Shown here in pieces: positions 37,627 to 49,723 of a stretch of 62,014 nucleotides of DNA. Numbering within the stretch: the first letter of the stretch is position 1; every line of letters begins with the position of its first letter. Both the position numbers and the translations under genes were made by a program. The notes beneath the pieces were generated by a model. The model saw nothing but the letters and a program-made list of their open reading frames with translations, did not search any database and was not told where the DNA came from. The DNA lies in the NCBI RefSeq assembly GCF_001194135.2, contig NC_068981.1, positions 98,669,776 to 98,731,789 of the forward strand, read 5' to 3'. The stretch is from Octopus bimaculoides. Lineage: Eukaryota.

Positions 37627-38699
37627 TGTCTGTTTTTCTATGCTGGCATGTGTTGGACAGTTTGACAAGATCAAGCTGCTGCAGGGCTGCATTGAGCTCC
37701 AATGGCAGCTTTGGCATGATGTCCTTCCTAGCACAAACCACTCTACAGAGTGTACTGGGTGCTTGTTTCATGCCACCTCTACCTATGATGTTGCCAAGTA
37801 ATTGCATGAATGGAAAATGAAAAAGCTCCCCCAACTAGTGGGGGGGGGGTCNNNNNNNNNNGGGGGGGGGGGGGGTCAGTATTTGAGAGAGGGTGGTGGC
37901 TTAATGCTAGGCATTGAAGAGGACATGTGCACATATGTTGCTATAGAGAAGCTACATGACAGCCCTCCATTAAATAAGGGTGGGTGTTGCTAGGAAGACA
38001 AAATGGTAGTGATGGGGTGCCAGAGCAAGCCCTCAAGATTTATAATAAGGTGAGCATAAGAAGATATGAACAGTGGATCAGTGAGGGCGGTTAGGGTGGA
38101 TAGTTTCATAACAATGTGAGTGGAGAGCAATAGTTGGTTGGAGATGGGGGTAAAGGCGAATGTATTGAGTAATGAACAAGTGTGAAGGTGAAGTTGGTGG
38201 GAAATGCCAGTACAGAGAGGGGTAAGGGGAGAGAGATAGAAGTGGTTCAAGGAAGATAGATTAAGAAATAAGGGCATGATGTGTGAGGTGTTGGCGTGGT
38301 GTGGAAGAAGATGTAGAGGTACATAAGGATGGCTATAGTGAGTGGGGTATGCTGGCAGATATGAGAGATGTTAAGATGAAGTATGAAGAGAGAGAGAGAG
38401 AGAGATAATTGGAGGCACAAAAAAGAGATGACTGTTGAAAATAGTGTGAGAAGAGATGATAATGAGAATGCTGGATAAAGTGGTTCTGTGGAGTGGGGGG
38501 GAAAACGGTAACTGGCAGTGCAAAAATGGTGGGAATGTAATATGTGCTAATTCTGCTCTCCAGTGACTACAGTAGCTGAATAGTGCCATAGGTAGAGAAA
38601 TGATGGAAATTAGATGGGCATGAGATGTGGGGAGTGCTTAACAGGTCAGCATGGGCATGGGGGTAGAACCTGGCATATACAAGGATAAATAACATTTTT

Positions 38700-40820
38700 A
38701 TGACCTCGTTTTTGCTGTGATGGATGGGTCCTTTTGAGCACATTGAATCACAAATTGTTTGTCCTTTATTAACTCTTCTGTGAAGCTCATCATCTTGAGA
38801 TCAGCCTTCACTACTTCATCATACATCTTCCTAGGTCTCCCTCTTCCACAAATCCCATTCACTTAAGCAACCAGCACTTCTTTGTGCAGCTGTCCTCTTT
38901 CATGCACATCACATGACCAAACCAGTGCAGTCTTCTGCCTTGTACATTACATCTGATTCCTCTTATGTTTAATCCTTATCTCAATACATTAGCACTTTGT
39001 TGTACATGCACACTGACATTGCATATCACAATGGAGCATATTAGCTTCAAACCTCTCTAGTCCTCACATCTCTTCTGCATTCAGAGCCTATGTCTCACTA
39101 TCAATTGGCATTGCTGTTTGTATACAAGCATCATACAATCTGTCTTTCTGTCTGTCAGAGAGACCTTTGGTTGCCAAGGCAAATAACAGCTCTCTGAACT
39201 TTCGCCATCCTATTTTTATTCTCGTAACTATATTTTCAGAATATTCCCTTTCATTGCTAATTAGCTCACCTAGCTCTACTACTTCTTGGGAGTCTTGAAG
39301 GCATTTGAGAAAATATAGGTCTTGTGTATTCTTAGTGTTTATTTCTCCTGTGTACCTTCTACATATGAACACTGCTTTCTCTGTTAACCTTCCTGTGATC
39401 CCACTGCCCCTCTTGTATGTCCATAGTTTGCACTAGGTAGACTGTAAGGAATTCTTGCTTTTATGTTGAGTAGGGCCATTTACTTGAAAGAGTAGCGTCT
39501 TGTCTATTTTCTTACTAGAACTTTGGTCTTTGCTAAATTAACTTTAAGCCCCTTTGATTCCAGGTTTTGCTTCCACACTTGGAATTTTTTTGTAATGCTA
39601 TTGCAGATTCTGCTATAAGAACAAGATCATCAGCATATAGTAGTTCCCTAGGGTGGCTGGTCTAATTTCTTTTGTAAAAGCTTAAAGGACAATGATGAAT
39701 AGGAGGGGACTGAGAACTGAGTCCTGGTAAACTCCTACTTTTAACTGTAAATTCATTGCTATACCTATGGCTAACTCTCACCTTACTGGCAGTGCCCCTG
39801 TATATGGCTTGTATGGCTTTCACAAGCTGTTCATTTACCCCTAGCTTCCTCAGAGACCATCAGATCACAGAACGAGGAACTCTGTTGAAGGCTTTCTCCA
39901 GGTCAGTGAATGCCAAGTACAATGGTTTACTTTCAGCTAAATACTTCTCCTGCCATTGTCTTTCTAAGATGTGCCAAATTGCATCTTATTTTAATCAAAT
40001 TCTGTTCCCAATCAATTGGGCTATAACTTTCTCTCTCTCTAACTTTGTGACTTAAATCAGCAGTTTAATACCTATGTAATTACTCCTTTCTATGCTTCTC
40101 CTGTACCCTTGTAACAGTTGATTGTGATGCTGCTACACTAGTCAATTGATATAACACCTTCCTATACAACCTGATTAACTATATGAGTAGGCTGTATCCT
40201 TCTCTGCCAGATATTTTAAGCATCTCAGCAGTAATTCCTGATGGATCAGGGGATTTCCTTGTCTTCATGTCCTTAATTGCTTTATCTATCATATTGTGTC
40301 AACTGGGATAGTTAGTCCCTCTGTAAGGTTCATGTTTGGAAGGCTCTCCTCCTATGCATTTTCCACATTTTAATAACCTTTCATAGTAGCAGTTTCATGT
40401 CTATTTCTTTTCAGGATCACTAAGTGCAAGCATACTGTTGTCTATCCATACATCTTGACTCCCTTTGCTATACTGTCTTGCCATCTGGAGCATGCCATAA
40501 CATTGGCAAAGCTTCCTTCCTTCTGCTTCTGCCCTTGTTAAATAAACATGTTGCCTAACTGATATAGTTCTTTACTGCTTCCATTTTTCTGGTTTTTCCA
40601 AGCCTGTCTGTACTTTTATGGCCCTGTCTACCTCACAGTTCCACAACCATATTACCCTTAGTTTGGCTGAAAATTTTGTCCCAACCACAGATTTGATCTG
40701 TAGCCCTCAGTAGTTTGTGGCTCAGGAATTTTCAGCTGTCATCTTTGCTATATGACTCTATTTCCTCTTCTTTTTCTTCCAATGCCTCAACTAGTGTGTA
40801 TTTAAATGTCTGATTGTTTA
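38700..40820 (-). mobile_element. Old, decayed RTE LINE ORF2 (reverse transcriptase region)
   Basis: Minus frames give LYLAFTDLEKAFNRVPR, ELLYADDLVLIAES, GLKVNLAKTK, GWRKFRELL and LHWFGHV, with stops and frameshifts. Confidence 0.88.
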
Positions 40821-41367
40821 ATTGATCTTTAAGTTTTTATGTCATCCTTTTCAAAACTGGTTTGTGTTTCTGAGTCTGAAGTTATTAACCACCAACCTTT
40901 GTTGTGCATTCTTCACCAGGGAAGGGTTTCATAATCATAAGCACCCACCTATCCCTTGTGGCTGGCTGGTTTTTATATATGTATGTATATATATATATAT
41001 GTGATGTATGTGTGTGTATACATGTGTATTTATATGTATGTGTATACATGTATGTATATATGTGTGTGTGTGTATATATATATATATACACAAACGTGTG
41101 TGTGTATATGTATATCTTAGCAGTAATACCCATTGTTGATCGAGTTATTACTTTTACTCTTTCTCGGGAGCCACAATCAACATGTTATATATATATAATT
41201 TACTCCTCCTATATGTGTGTATTTTATAAGAGAAAAATATGTAATAACTGAAGTAGAAAAAAGATCAATTTCATACATGAACTTTTGTTTGTTTATTATA
41301 TGACAATGATAAGTGAGTTGTATGTGTTATTTTATATATCAATACAGTAATGGCAATTATATAATAC

Positions 41368-41488
41368 ACAAGGCTTTGGTTGGCATTGGAGCTGTAATGA
41401 AAGAGAATTGCCCAACGTTCTACACAGTGGGACTGAACCCAAAGCAACATGGTTGGAAAGCGAGCTTCTCAACCACACAGCCATGCCT
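41368..41488 (-). mobile_element. SINE head fragment
   Basis: aaccacacagccatgcct / gggactgaaccc match the SINE head. Confidence 0.6.
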
Positions 41489-42066
41489 ATAAAGGAGAGA
41501 TACATTTTGGATAATATACTCCTTGATACAATATGCTTAACAAAAAGATGGGACGTTTACGGCAAGAAGACCTTTGATTTTAATATTTACTTGACCAAAG
41601 AAACAACTAACAACACTATATCATTTGTTTCAATGAAATTGAGCAAATTTTAAAAAAAACTGACAGAATTTTATGTTTATTACTTAATTATGATACCAAA
41701 ACAAATAGATTTATAAATCTTATGTCAAACTTTTATTGAAAACTTTCAACATGTCTGTATCCCTGCATACTTCAAATCTCTCCTTAGTGTTGTGAAACAC
41801 ATTCAGTTAGCATTTCAGGAGTTAGCTCCTGCACTGCTAACTGAATGTGTTCTTTAAGCTCAGCTAAATGGTCGCTTCATCTTAGAAATGGAGGTAAAGA
41901 AAATGATTGCTGCCAAAAGTGAGTTTAAAAAAATTATACATTAATCTCTATTTTTGTAAGCTGTCTTAATTTTTGTATGCAGTGTAAATGAACCAAATAG
42001 AAGCACATGTACATACTGCTAATTTAACAGTAAATGCCACAATAATTATTATAGATAAATTTCTTA

Positions 42067-42109
<43 letters not shown>

Positions 42110-42327
42110 TAAGCACATATATTAAATGCTAATTTAAGGGTTAATATGTAACTGTAAATATCTTGCAACTGCTGCGATAATTATCAACTGGTAATTGAAC
42201 GGTAAATGTGTATTTTTATCTACCTTGGACCTGTCACCTCATTGTTTTTGTCAAGAGTTTCACCTCCAGCTGTTCATTACATCAGTCAACACACATATAT
42301 ACTGACACACCATTCCGCTGTCGTGGC

Positions 42328-43832
42328 CATCATCATCATCATCATCATCATCGTATAACGTCCGCTTTCCATGCTAGCATGGGTTGGACGATTTGACTGA
42401 GGACTGGTGCAACCGGATGGCTACACCAGGCTCCAATCTAATTTGGCAGAGTTTCTACAGCTGGATGCCCTTCCTAACGCCAACCACTCAGAGAGTGTAG
42501 TGGGTGCTTTTACGTGTCACCCGCTCGAAAACGGCCACACTCGAAATGGTGTCTTTTATGTGCCACCCACACAAGAGCCAGTCCAGGGGCACTGGCAAAG
42601 ATCTCGCTCGAAAACCCTACAAGGCCAGTCAGGCGGTACTGGNNNNNNNNNNNNNNNNNNNNNNNNNNNNNNNNNNNNNNNNNNNNNNNNNNNNNNNNNN
42701 NNNNNNNNNNNNNNNNNNNNNNNNNNNNNNNNNNNNNNNNNNNNNNNNNNNNNNNNNNNNNNNNNNNNNNNNNNNNNNNNNNNNNNNNNNNNNNNNNNNN
42801 NNNNNNNNNNNNNNNNNNNNNNNNNNNNNNNNNNNNNNNNNNNNNNNNNNNNNNNNNNNNNNNNNNNNNNNNNNNNNNNNNNNNNNNNNNNNNNNNNNNN
42901 NNNNNNNNNNNNNNNNNNNNNNNNNNNNNNNNNNNNNNNNNNNNNNNNNNNNNNNNNNNNNNNNNNNNNNNNNNNNNNNNNNNNNNNNNNNNNNNNNNNN
43001 NNNNNNNNNNNNNNNNNNNNNNNNNNNNNNNNNNNNNNNNNNNNNNNNNNNNNNNNNNNNNNNNNNNNNNNNNNNNNNNNNNNNNNNNNNNNNNNNNNNN
43101 NNNNNNNNNNNNNNNNNNNNNNNNNNNNNNNNNNNNNNNNNNNNNNNNNNNNNNNNNNNNNNNNNNNNNNNNNNNNNNNNNNNNNNNNNNNNNNNNNNNN
43201 NNNNNNNNNNNNNNNNNNNNNNNNNNNNNNNNNNNNNNNNNNNNNNNNNNNNNNNNNNNNNNNNNNNNNNNNNNNNNNNNNNNNNNNNNNNNNNNNNNNN
43301 NNNNNNNNNNNNNNNNNNNNNNNNNNNNNNNNNNNNNNNNNNNNNNNNNNNNNNNNNNNNNNNNNNNNNNNNNNNNNNNNNNNNNNNNNNNNNNNNNNNN
43401 NNNNNNNNNNNNNNNNNNNNNNNNNNNNNNNNNNNNNNNNNNNNNNNNNNNNNNNNNNNNCCCACTACTAACTTGGTCACCCAGATAGCGGAAGCTATCA
43501 ACTACCTCTAGTTTTTCTCCCTGGAATGAGATAGAAGTTGTTTCCTGTTTGTTTACAGTGTTTATTGCACCTGAACATCTGCCACATACAAAAACTAACT
43601 TTGTAGTTAATCTGCCTTTGATATTGCTGCACCTCTTATGTGTCCATAGCTTGCACTGGGTACATCTTATAGAGTTACTACCTACTCCTTTACTGCATAC
43701 TGAGCAGGGCCATCTACCTGAAGGGGTTTGTGTTTTATCTACCTTCCTACTTATTAGGATTTTGGTTTTTGCTAGGTTGACTCCGAGGCCCTTCGATTCT
43801 AGTCCTTGCTTCCACACCTTAAACTTCTCCTC
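42328..43832 (-). mobile_element. Young 5'-truncated RTE LINE spanning an assembly gap; ORF2 piece with PHD-type finger
   Basis: Open frame EEKFKVWKQGLESKGLGVNLAKTK...CSVC...CTQC...H..C...CGRC...LEVVDSFRYLG; 3' end identical in kind to other copies. Confidence 0.9.
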
Positions 43833-44237
43833 GGCCATAAAGATGGAAACTTGCCTATGCGTAACGTTGTTCGCATTAGGATATAATTCAAATATAATAG
43901 AAATAAGATAATCTTGGTGTTATCACATTGGAATTAAAAGTGAAACAATATTATAGTCTTATCACATTAGAATTAAAAATGAAAGAATAAAAGTGAAATA
44001 ATATTATATCATTACAATATAGATCTTATTTTCTCACGTTTGACATGTAATACTGAACCAGTCTAAAAGATTGCTCCAGGCTTGCATTAGGCAAGAAGTT
44101 GAAAATTTTTTTGGCCCATGACACTCCATGGAACCCAAGTAATGTATGTGTAAAATTTGAATGAAATCTGTTGGGTACTTCTCGAGTTTTAGGGATTCAC
44201 ACAGACAGACAGACACACATTCTCAGTTTTATATATA

Positions 44238-44277
<40 letters not shown>

Positions 44278-44279
<2 letters not shown>

Positions 44280-45109
44280 CTGAATTTTATAGCATCAAGT
44301 ATCCATCACGGCTGGTCTTACCAGTCGGTTTCACACAAAATACAGTGGAGTGTTAGGTAACAATCCAATTATATAATTACACTCATCAGAGATAGTCAAT
44401 ATGGAAGGGAATATGGTGACTACTCTCTATTGTCTATTAGCTCAACTGGTCAGCGGCTGCTGCGAAAAATGTGGTGGAACAAAAATGGGCCAGGGGATTC
44501 AGCTAGGAGTTATGTCCCTTGGTTAGATATGTTGTGAAGCCGGCAAGAGTTATCTTGAAGTGGGGAAAGTGTGTATTAATAATGTGGTGTCCCTGTGGGG
44601 ATGGGATGTGTGGTATGTGTATCAGTGTCATATGTATAATTTTTTCTGTGGGTGTAGGTATGTATAGTGCTGTGTTTGTTGGTCTATTTTTTCTGTAAAG
44701 AGTAAAGTTGTGGGGTTCTTATATTAGTGTGAGGTGTGTAATGTATAATGGTGTGTGTGTGTGAGGGGGTTTGGGCTGGGGGTAGTGGGGGATAGTTATA
44801 TGCAGGATGTTTGCTTTATAGAGGTGTGCGTATGTGTACATAGGTGCATTGGTGTGTGTCTAGGTCAAACTCTAGCCAAATCCCTTGGCCCATTTTTTTG
44901 TTCCACCACTTTTTTCGCAGCAGCCACTGACCGGTTGTGCTAATCCATCTCTGACAATAGAGAGCAGACACCATAATCCCTTCCATACTTGCTACCTCTG
45001 ATGAATGTAATTATATAATTGGATTGTTACCTAACACTCCATTGTATTTTGCACAAAACCGATTGGTAAGACCAGTCGTGATGGATACTTAATGCTATAA
45101 AATTCAGAT
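44278..45109. mobile_element. Foldback element: ~235-240-bp inverted arms around a ~355-bp GT-rich spacer, next to (TA)n
   Basis: 44278-44511 is the reverse complement of 44868-45109, with scattered mismatches. Confidence 0.85.
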
Positions 45110-45190
45110 AATATACCCACCCTACTAACAGTTATATGAGTGCATTTTCTCCCTCACTTGTGGTTTCTTAGACGACTCACGCACGTATAT

Positions 45191-45485
45191 CATCATCATC
45201 ATCATCATCATCATCGTTTAACGTCCGCTTTCCATGCTAGCATGGGTTGGACGATTTGACTGAGGACTGGTGAAACCTGATGGCAACACCAGGCTCCAAT
45301 CTAATTTGGCAGAGTTTCTACAGCTGGATGCCCTTCCTAACGCCAACCACTCAGAGAGTGTAGTGGGTACTTTTACGTGTCACCCGCACAAAAACGGCCA
45401 CGCTCGAAATGGTGTCTTTTATGTGCCACCCGCACAAGCCAGTCCAGGGGCACTGGCAACGATCTCACTCGAAAATCCTACGGGA
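45191..45485 (-). mobile_element. RTE LINE 3' end running into a gap
   Basis: Nearly identical to 42328-42642. Confidence 0.88.
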
Positions 45486-46213
45486 NNNNNNNNNNNNNNN
45501 NNNNNNNNNNNNNNNNNNNNNNNNNNNNNNNNNNNNNNNNNNNNNNNNNNNNNNNNNNNNNNNNNNNNNNNNNNNNNNNNNNNNNNNNNNNNNNNNNNNN
45601 NNNNNNNNNNNNNNNNNNNNNNNNNNNNNNNNNNNNNNNNNNNNNNNNNNNNNNNNNNNNNNNNNNNNNNNNNNNNNNNNNNNNNNNNNNNNNNNNNNNN
45701 NNNNNNNNNNNNNNNNNNNNNNNNNNNNNNNNNNNNNNNNNNNNNNNNNNNNNNNNNNNNNNNNNNNNNNNNNNNNNNNNNNNNNNNNNNNNNNNNNNNN
45801 NNNNNNNNNNNNNNNNNNNNNNNNNNNNNNNNNNNNNNNNNNNNNNNNNNNNNNNNNNNNNNNNNNNNNNNNNNNNNNNNNNNNNNNNNNNNNNNNNNNN
45901 NNNNNNNNNNNNNNNNNNNNNNNNNNNNNNNNNNNNNNNNNNNNNNNNNNNNNNNNNNNNNNNNNNNNNNNNNNNNNNNNNNNNNNNNNNNNNNNNNNNN
46001 NNNNNNNNNNNNNNNNNNNNNNNNNNNNNNNNNNNNNNNNNNNNNNNNNNNNNNNNNNNNNNNNNNNNNNNNNNNNNNNNNNNNNNNNNNNNNNNNNNNN
46101 NNNNNNNNNNNNNNNNNNNNNNNNNNNNNNNNNNNNNNNNNNNNNNNNNNNNNNNNNNNNNNNNNNNNNNNNNNNNNNNNNNNNNNNNNNNNNNNNNNNN
46201 NNNNNNNNNNNNN

Positions 46214-46258
<45 letters not shown>

Positions 46259-47328
46259 CATGTATTTTCACATTGTCATCATTTAAGTAAAAATAGTGAT
46301 GCATGTTTGTCACCTGTAGCTATGTCCCACAGTTTGGCACTTTTGTTTTAGATATGCAAAGACAAGTGGAATCCAAATACCTCACTTGAGCTACAAGTAC
46401 AGAATGGTGGTAGGGAGGGTATGCATTCATAAAAAAACTATCTAAATATGTCTTGCTCAAATCATGCTAGTATGGATAAAGTGGATATAAAGATGACACT
46501 GATGATTGTTTGTGTGTGTGTGTGTGTGTGTGTAGACATGGCTGTGTGATTAAGAAATTTGCTTTCCAACCATGTGGTTTTGGGCAAGTGTCTTCTACTT
46601 TAACCCTGGGTTAACTAAAGCCTTGCTGATGGAAACTGAAGAAGCCCATTCTCTGTGTGTTTGTGTTTCCTTATCTGGACATCATGTGATAGTTATGAGC
46701 ATCACTGTCTTCCATGAAAACATGTCCAGCCATGGGGGAAAATTACCTTAAAAACATGAGAATTGGCACTAGGAAGGGTGTCTGGCCATAGAAAGTTTGC
46801 CTCAGTGAATTCCAGTAACATATAGAAAAGTGGATGTTAAAAAAATGATGATAGAAAACATATAGTTATTAGCAACCAGTGAAAATTCTTTTTCAGTTAT
46901 TTGATGTGCTGGAAATTGTGATAATTTTCACCTTAACTAGCTCATACAGTGGCTCATAAAGAAGACAAAAAAAAATGACTGATGTCATAAAATACCATAA
47001 ATGTAGACTGACAACTTTTAGAAGAATTAGCTGCAGAGAGAACTGTATGAGGTTCCACGATTTTATTCTCAGTTAGATCTGAACTGTTGCAACAAGTATC
47101 AGTGGAACTTTAGCGAAAACTAGTCAAGTGGTTATTAGTAGTCTAGTACTTGATTAATAAACTCTTTTAATAAAAACTCTTGCTTGTTTTATAAATTTCC
47201 TGTTATTACTCTGTTTCAATGAATTCAGGGTTCTTGTTCAATGAATTCTGTTTTTCTTTCAAACTTTGGTTAATAATTTATTTTCCTAACTTGAATATTT
47301 AGGTATCCTGTGATGTAATTAAAATTAA

Positions 47329-47538
47329 TGCTTTAGTATTTAAACCAGCCACATCTGGCTCAAATATTGCATGTTTTGTTCAAACCAGCCAAATCTGGCC
47401 TCTCACAACTATCCTACAATGTCATTCTAAAAATGATCACACTGAAATCTCAAAGCTACAAGATAATATGTGATTAATTCAAAACAATGTTAAAAGGATA
47501 TGCTTTGTATTTGGTAGAGTAATCTGAATGCTAAAGGA
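47329..47538. mobile_element. piggyBac-type MITE copy 3
   Basis: TTAA|tgCTTTAGTATT ... AATGCTAAAGGA|TTAA; body matches copies 1-2. Confidence 0.75.
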
Positions 47539-47605
47539 TTAAGGGATCATAATTTTGTACTTTGGTATGTTATAATTTAAAATGATTAAATATTTTTGTT
47601 TTCAG

Positions 47606-47675
47606 ATCCATTAGAATTGAGGAAGTATTGTGAGAAGAGATTTGAATTCAAAAAAATTACAGTTAAAAAATTTAA
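47606..47675 (+). CDS. DGCR8: DGCR8/Pasha coding exon 5 (DPLELRKYCEKRFEFKKITVKKF)
   Basis: Acceptor tttttgttttcAG, donor GTAAGT, 70 nt, phase 1 to 2. Resembles the conserved Y..KRFxFxxxTVKxF stretch of the C-terminal Rhed region. Confidence 0.93.
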
Positions 47676-47789
47676 GTAAGTATTACAAACTCTTTAAAAT
47701 CTCAGTGAGTGTTGGAAGTAGAAGTGTGTATAATATTAGGATTTTTAAGGCAATTATTCAGAGGGTCTAGTTCAAAACTGCTTTAAGGT

Positions 47790-49720
47790 CAGCATTTTAT
47801 TAATTAGTTTGACAGGTGGAAGGAGCTGTGTTAATGTCCAGAGAATTGGTGGGGTTAATGTTTTTGAATATTAACCACTGGGTACAGAAAGATATGGTAG
47901 GGAGGGAATTCCAGAGGAATGATATTTTGGGAGAAAATGTCTGGACAAACTGCTTAGCATGGGACCTGAGGGGAAAAGAGTGGACACAATATGGGTGATG
48001 AAAACAGGAGAGATGAATGAGTTGGGAGGACCTCAGTAAAAGTGACACAGATCCAGCTAGTTTCAAGTAGTAATGGTTGTAAAGGCAGAATGAAGGGAAA
48101 GCACATCTGTTAGCCTAGAGCAGGGGTCACCAAACTACAGCCCACAGGCCGGATCTGGCCTGCCGCTGCATTGTACCTTTTGTGTAAGTACCTGCAATGA
48201 GAGTTAATTCCTGCAGCGATCATGTTTTAACTTGCATTGTTGTGTTAAAACTGGTTTGAAGAGTGCCATATATAAAAGGGAATGACTTCAGTGAATTATG
48301 TCATATATTTTGCATATTTGACTGTTGAAAGAACTCACAAGAGAGAAGCATCTAATAGTTTCAAACTTTGATATTCATTCAAGTCCTATATAAGCGCCCT
48401 GTTTATACACTGCATTATTCATCAGTAAAGCACTCTGTTGGAAAAACTTAGATATTTCTTCTGTACTGAGACCTGTCATTTCTGTGGTGAATTTCATTCG
48501 GGGTCATGCAATTAATCACTGCCAGTTCCAGGCTTTTCTTGAAGAAATTGATTCTGAATTCTGTGATATGCCTTATAACACAGCAGTGAGATGGCTTAGC
48601 TGCTGTAAAGTCCTGTTTCGTTTTTATAAGCTCCAAAGAGAAATAGATATTCTCACCGAAAAGGATAGAGCTGATCTCCTTCTGTCAGATCCTACTTGGC
48701 TGTCAAAGTTGTCATTTTTGGTTGATATCACATCCCTCATGAATGAATTGAACTTGAAACTTCAAGAAAAGGATAACCTTATCTGTGATCTTTACAGAAT
48801 CATCAAGGATTTCAGAGAAAGCTATCATTGGAAGGAGGAAACTTCTTTCATTTTCAATGTTTCAAAGAGTTTTAAGCTGGAATTGCAGATGTCAACTTTG
48901 AGTTTCCAAAAGAAGATTATTTGTGACTTAAATAAGCATTTTTTGGAGAGATTTTCAAATCTCAACAAAATTGTGAGTGACATTCTGTTCCAGAATCTGT
49001 TTGATTATAACCTTGATGATATGCCAGTCAAACTACAGTTGAAGTTCATTAATTTGCAAGCAAATGACTTGTTGAAAGAGAAGCACAGAGAAGGAAAACT
49101 TGTTGAATTTTGTTGCTGCTTACTTGATAATGACCTTTCAGAGTTGAAGAAATTTGCCTCTAGTATGGCATCAATGTTTGGAACAACTTATGTATGTGAG
49201 CAAGTATTTTCAAAAATGAAGTATGTGAAGTGAGCACATCGAACAAGGTTGACTGATGAACATTTGAAAGCAATTCTCTTGGTTGGTTGCAACAATTCCA
49301 AAGCAAATGTTGATGATATCTTAAAAGCTAAATACCAGTTTCACAAATCACACTAATCTTTTTTGCTGCTTAGTTTGTGAGATTCGGATATGTGCACACT
49401 GGGTGTGATATAACTTATTGCTAATGTCACCTTTTTTGATAACCTTTTGGTAAATAGATATGTTGGTTGTTTTTATTTTTTGTGTATTTGTTGTATTGCA
49501 TTGAATGAGATGGTTAAGCGGCTCACGCGCATCACTCTCTCAGTTATCCAACCCACTGTGTTTGGTGACCTCTGGCCTAGAGGCTGGTGTGTTTTGCTGA
49601 GCAACTTCATGCTAATCAGTTCAGTTGCTTTTTTTCTTTTTTTTTTGTCATCATATCCAAGTTTAGGAGAAGAATTAAGTTGTACTGTTACAAAAAGGAT
49701 ATTACATTTTTGTGCCTCTT
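47790..49720 (-). mobile_element. Decayed CR1/L2/Jockey-group LINE 3' fragment, split by the hAT element
   Basis: Minus frames give ...QPL(A)NRCAFPSFCLYNHYY (PLxHRR-like) and HPYCVH...FSPKISFLWNSLP. The frame continues across the hAT insertion site. Confidence 0.6.
48121..49574 (+). mobile_element. hAT (Charlie/Buster/SPIN-GTF2IRD2-like) DNA transposon, internally deleted
   Basis: TIRs CAGGGGTCACCAAAC / CAGAGGTCACCAAAC (14/15) and perfect 8-bp TSD GCCTAGAG (48113-48120 and 49575-49582). Transposase C-terminal part 48484-49356 has VRWLS and MFGTTYVCEQVFSKMK motifs, with a stop at 49231-49233. Confidence 0.95.
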
Positions 49721-49723
49721 TGG

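Noticed and set aside
37410-37820. Poly-His/poly-Ser/poly-Asp ORFs
   Set aside because: Translation of a (CAT)n retroelement tail.
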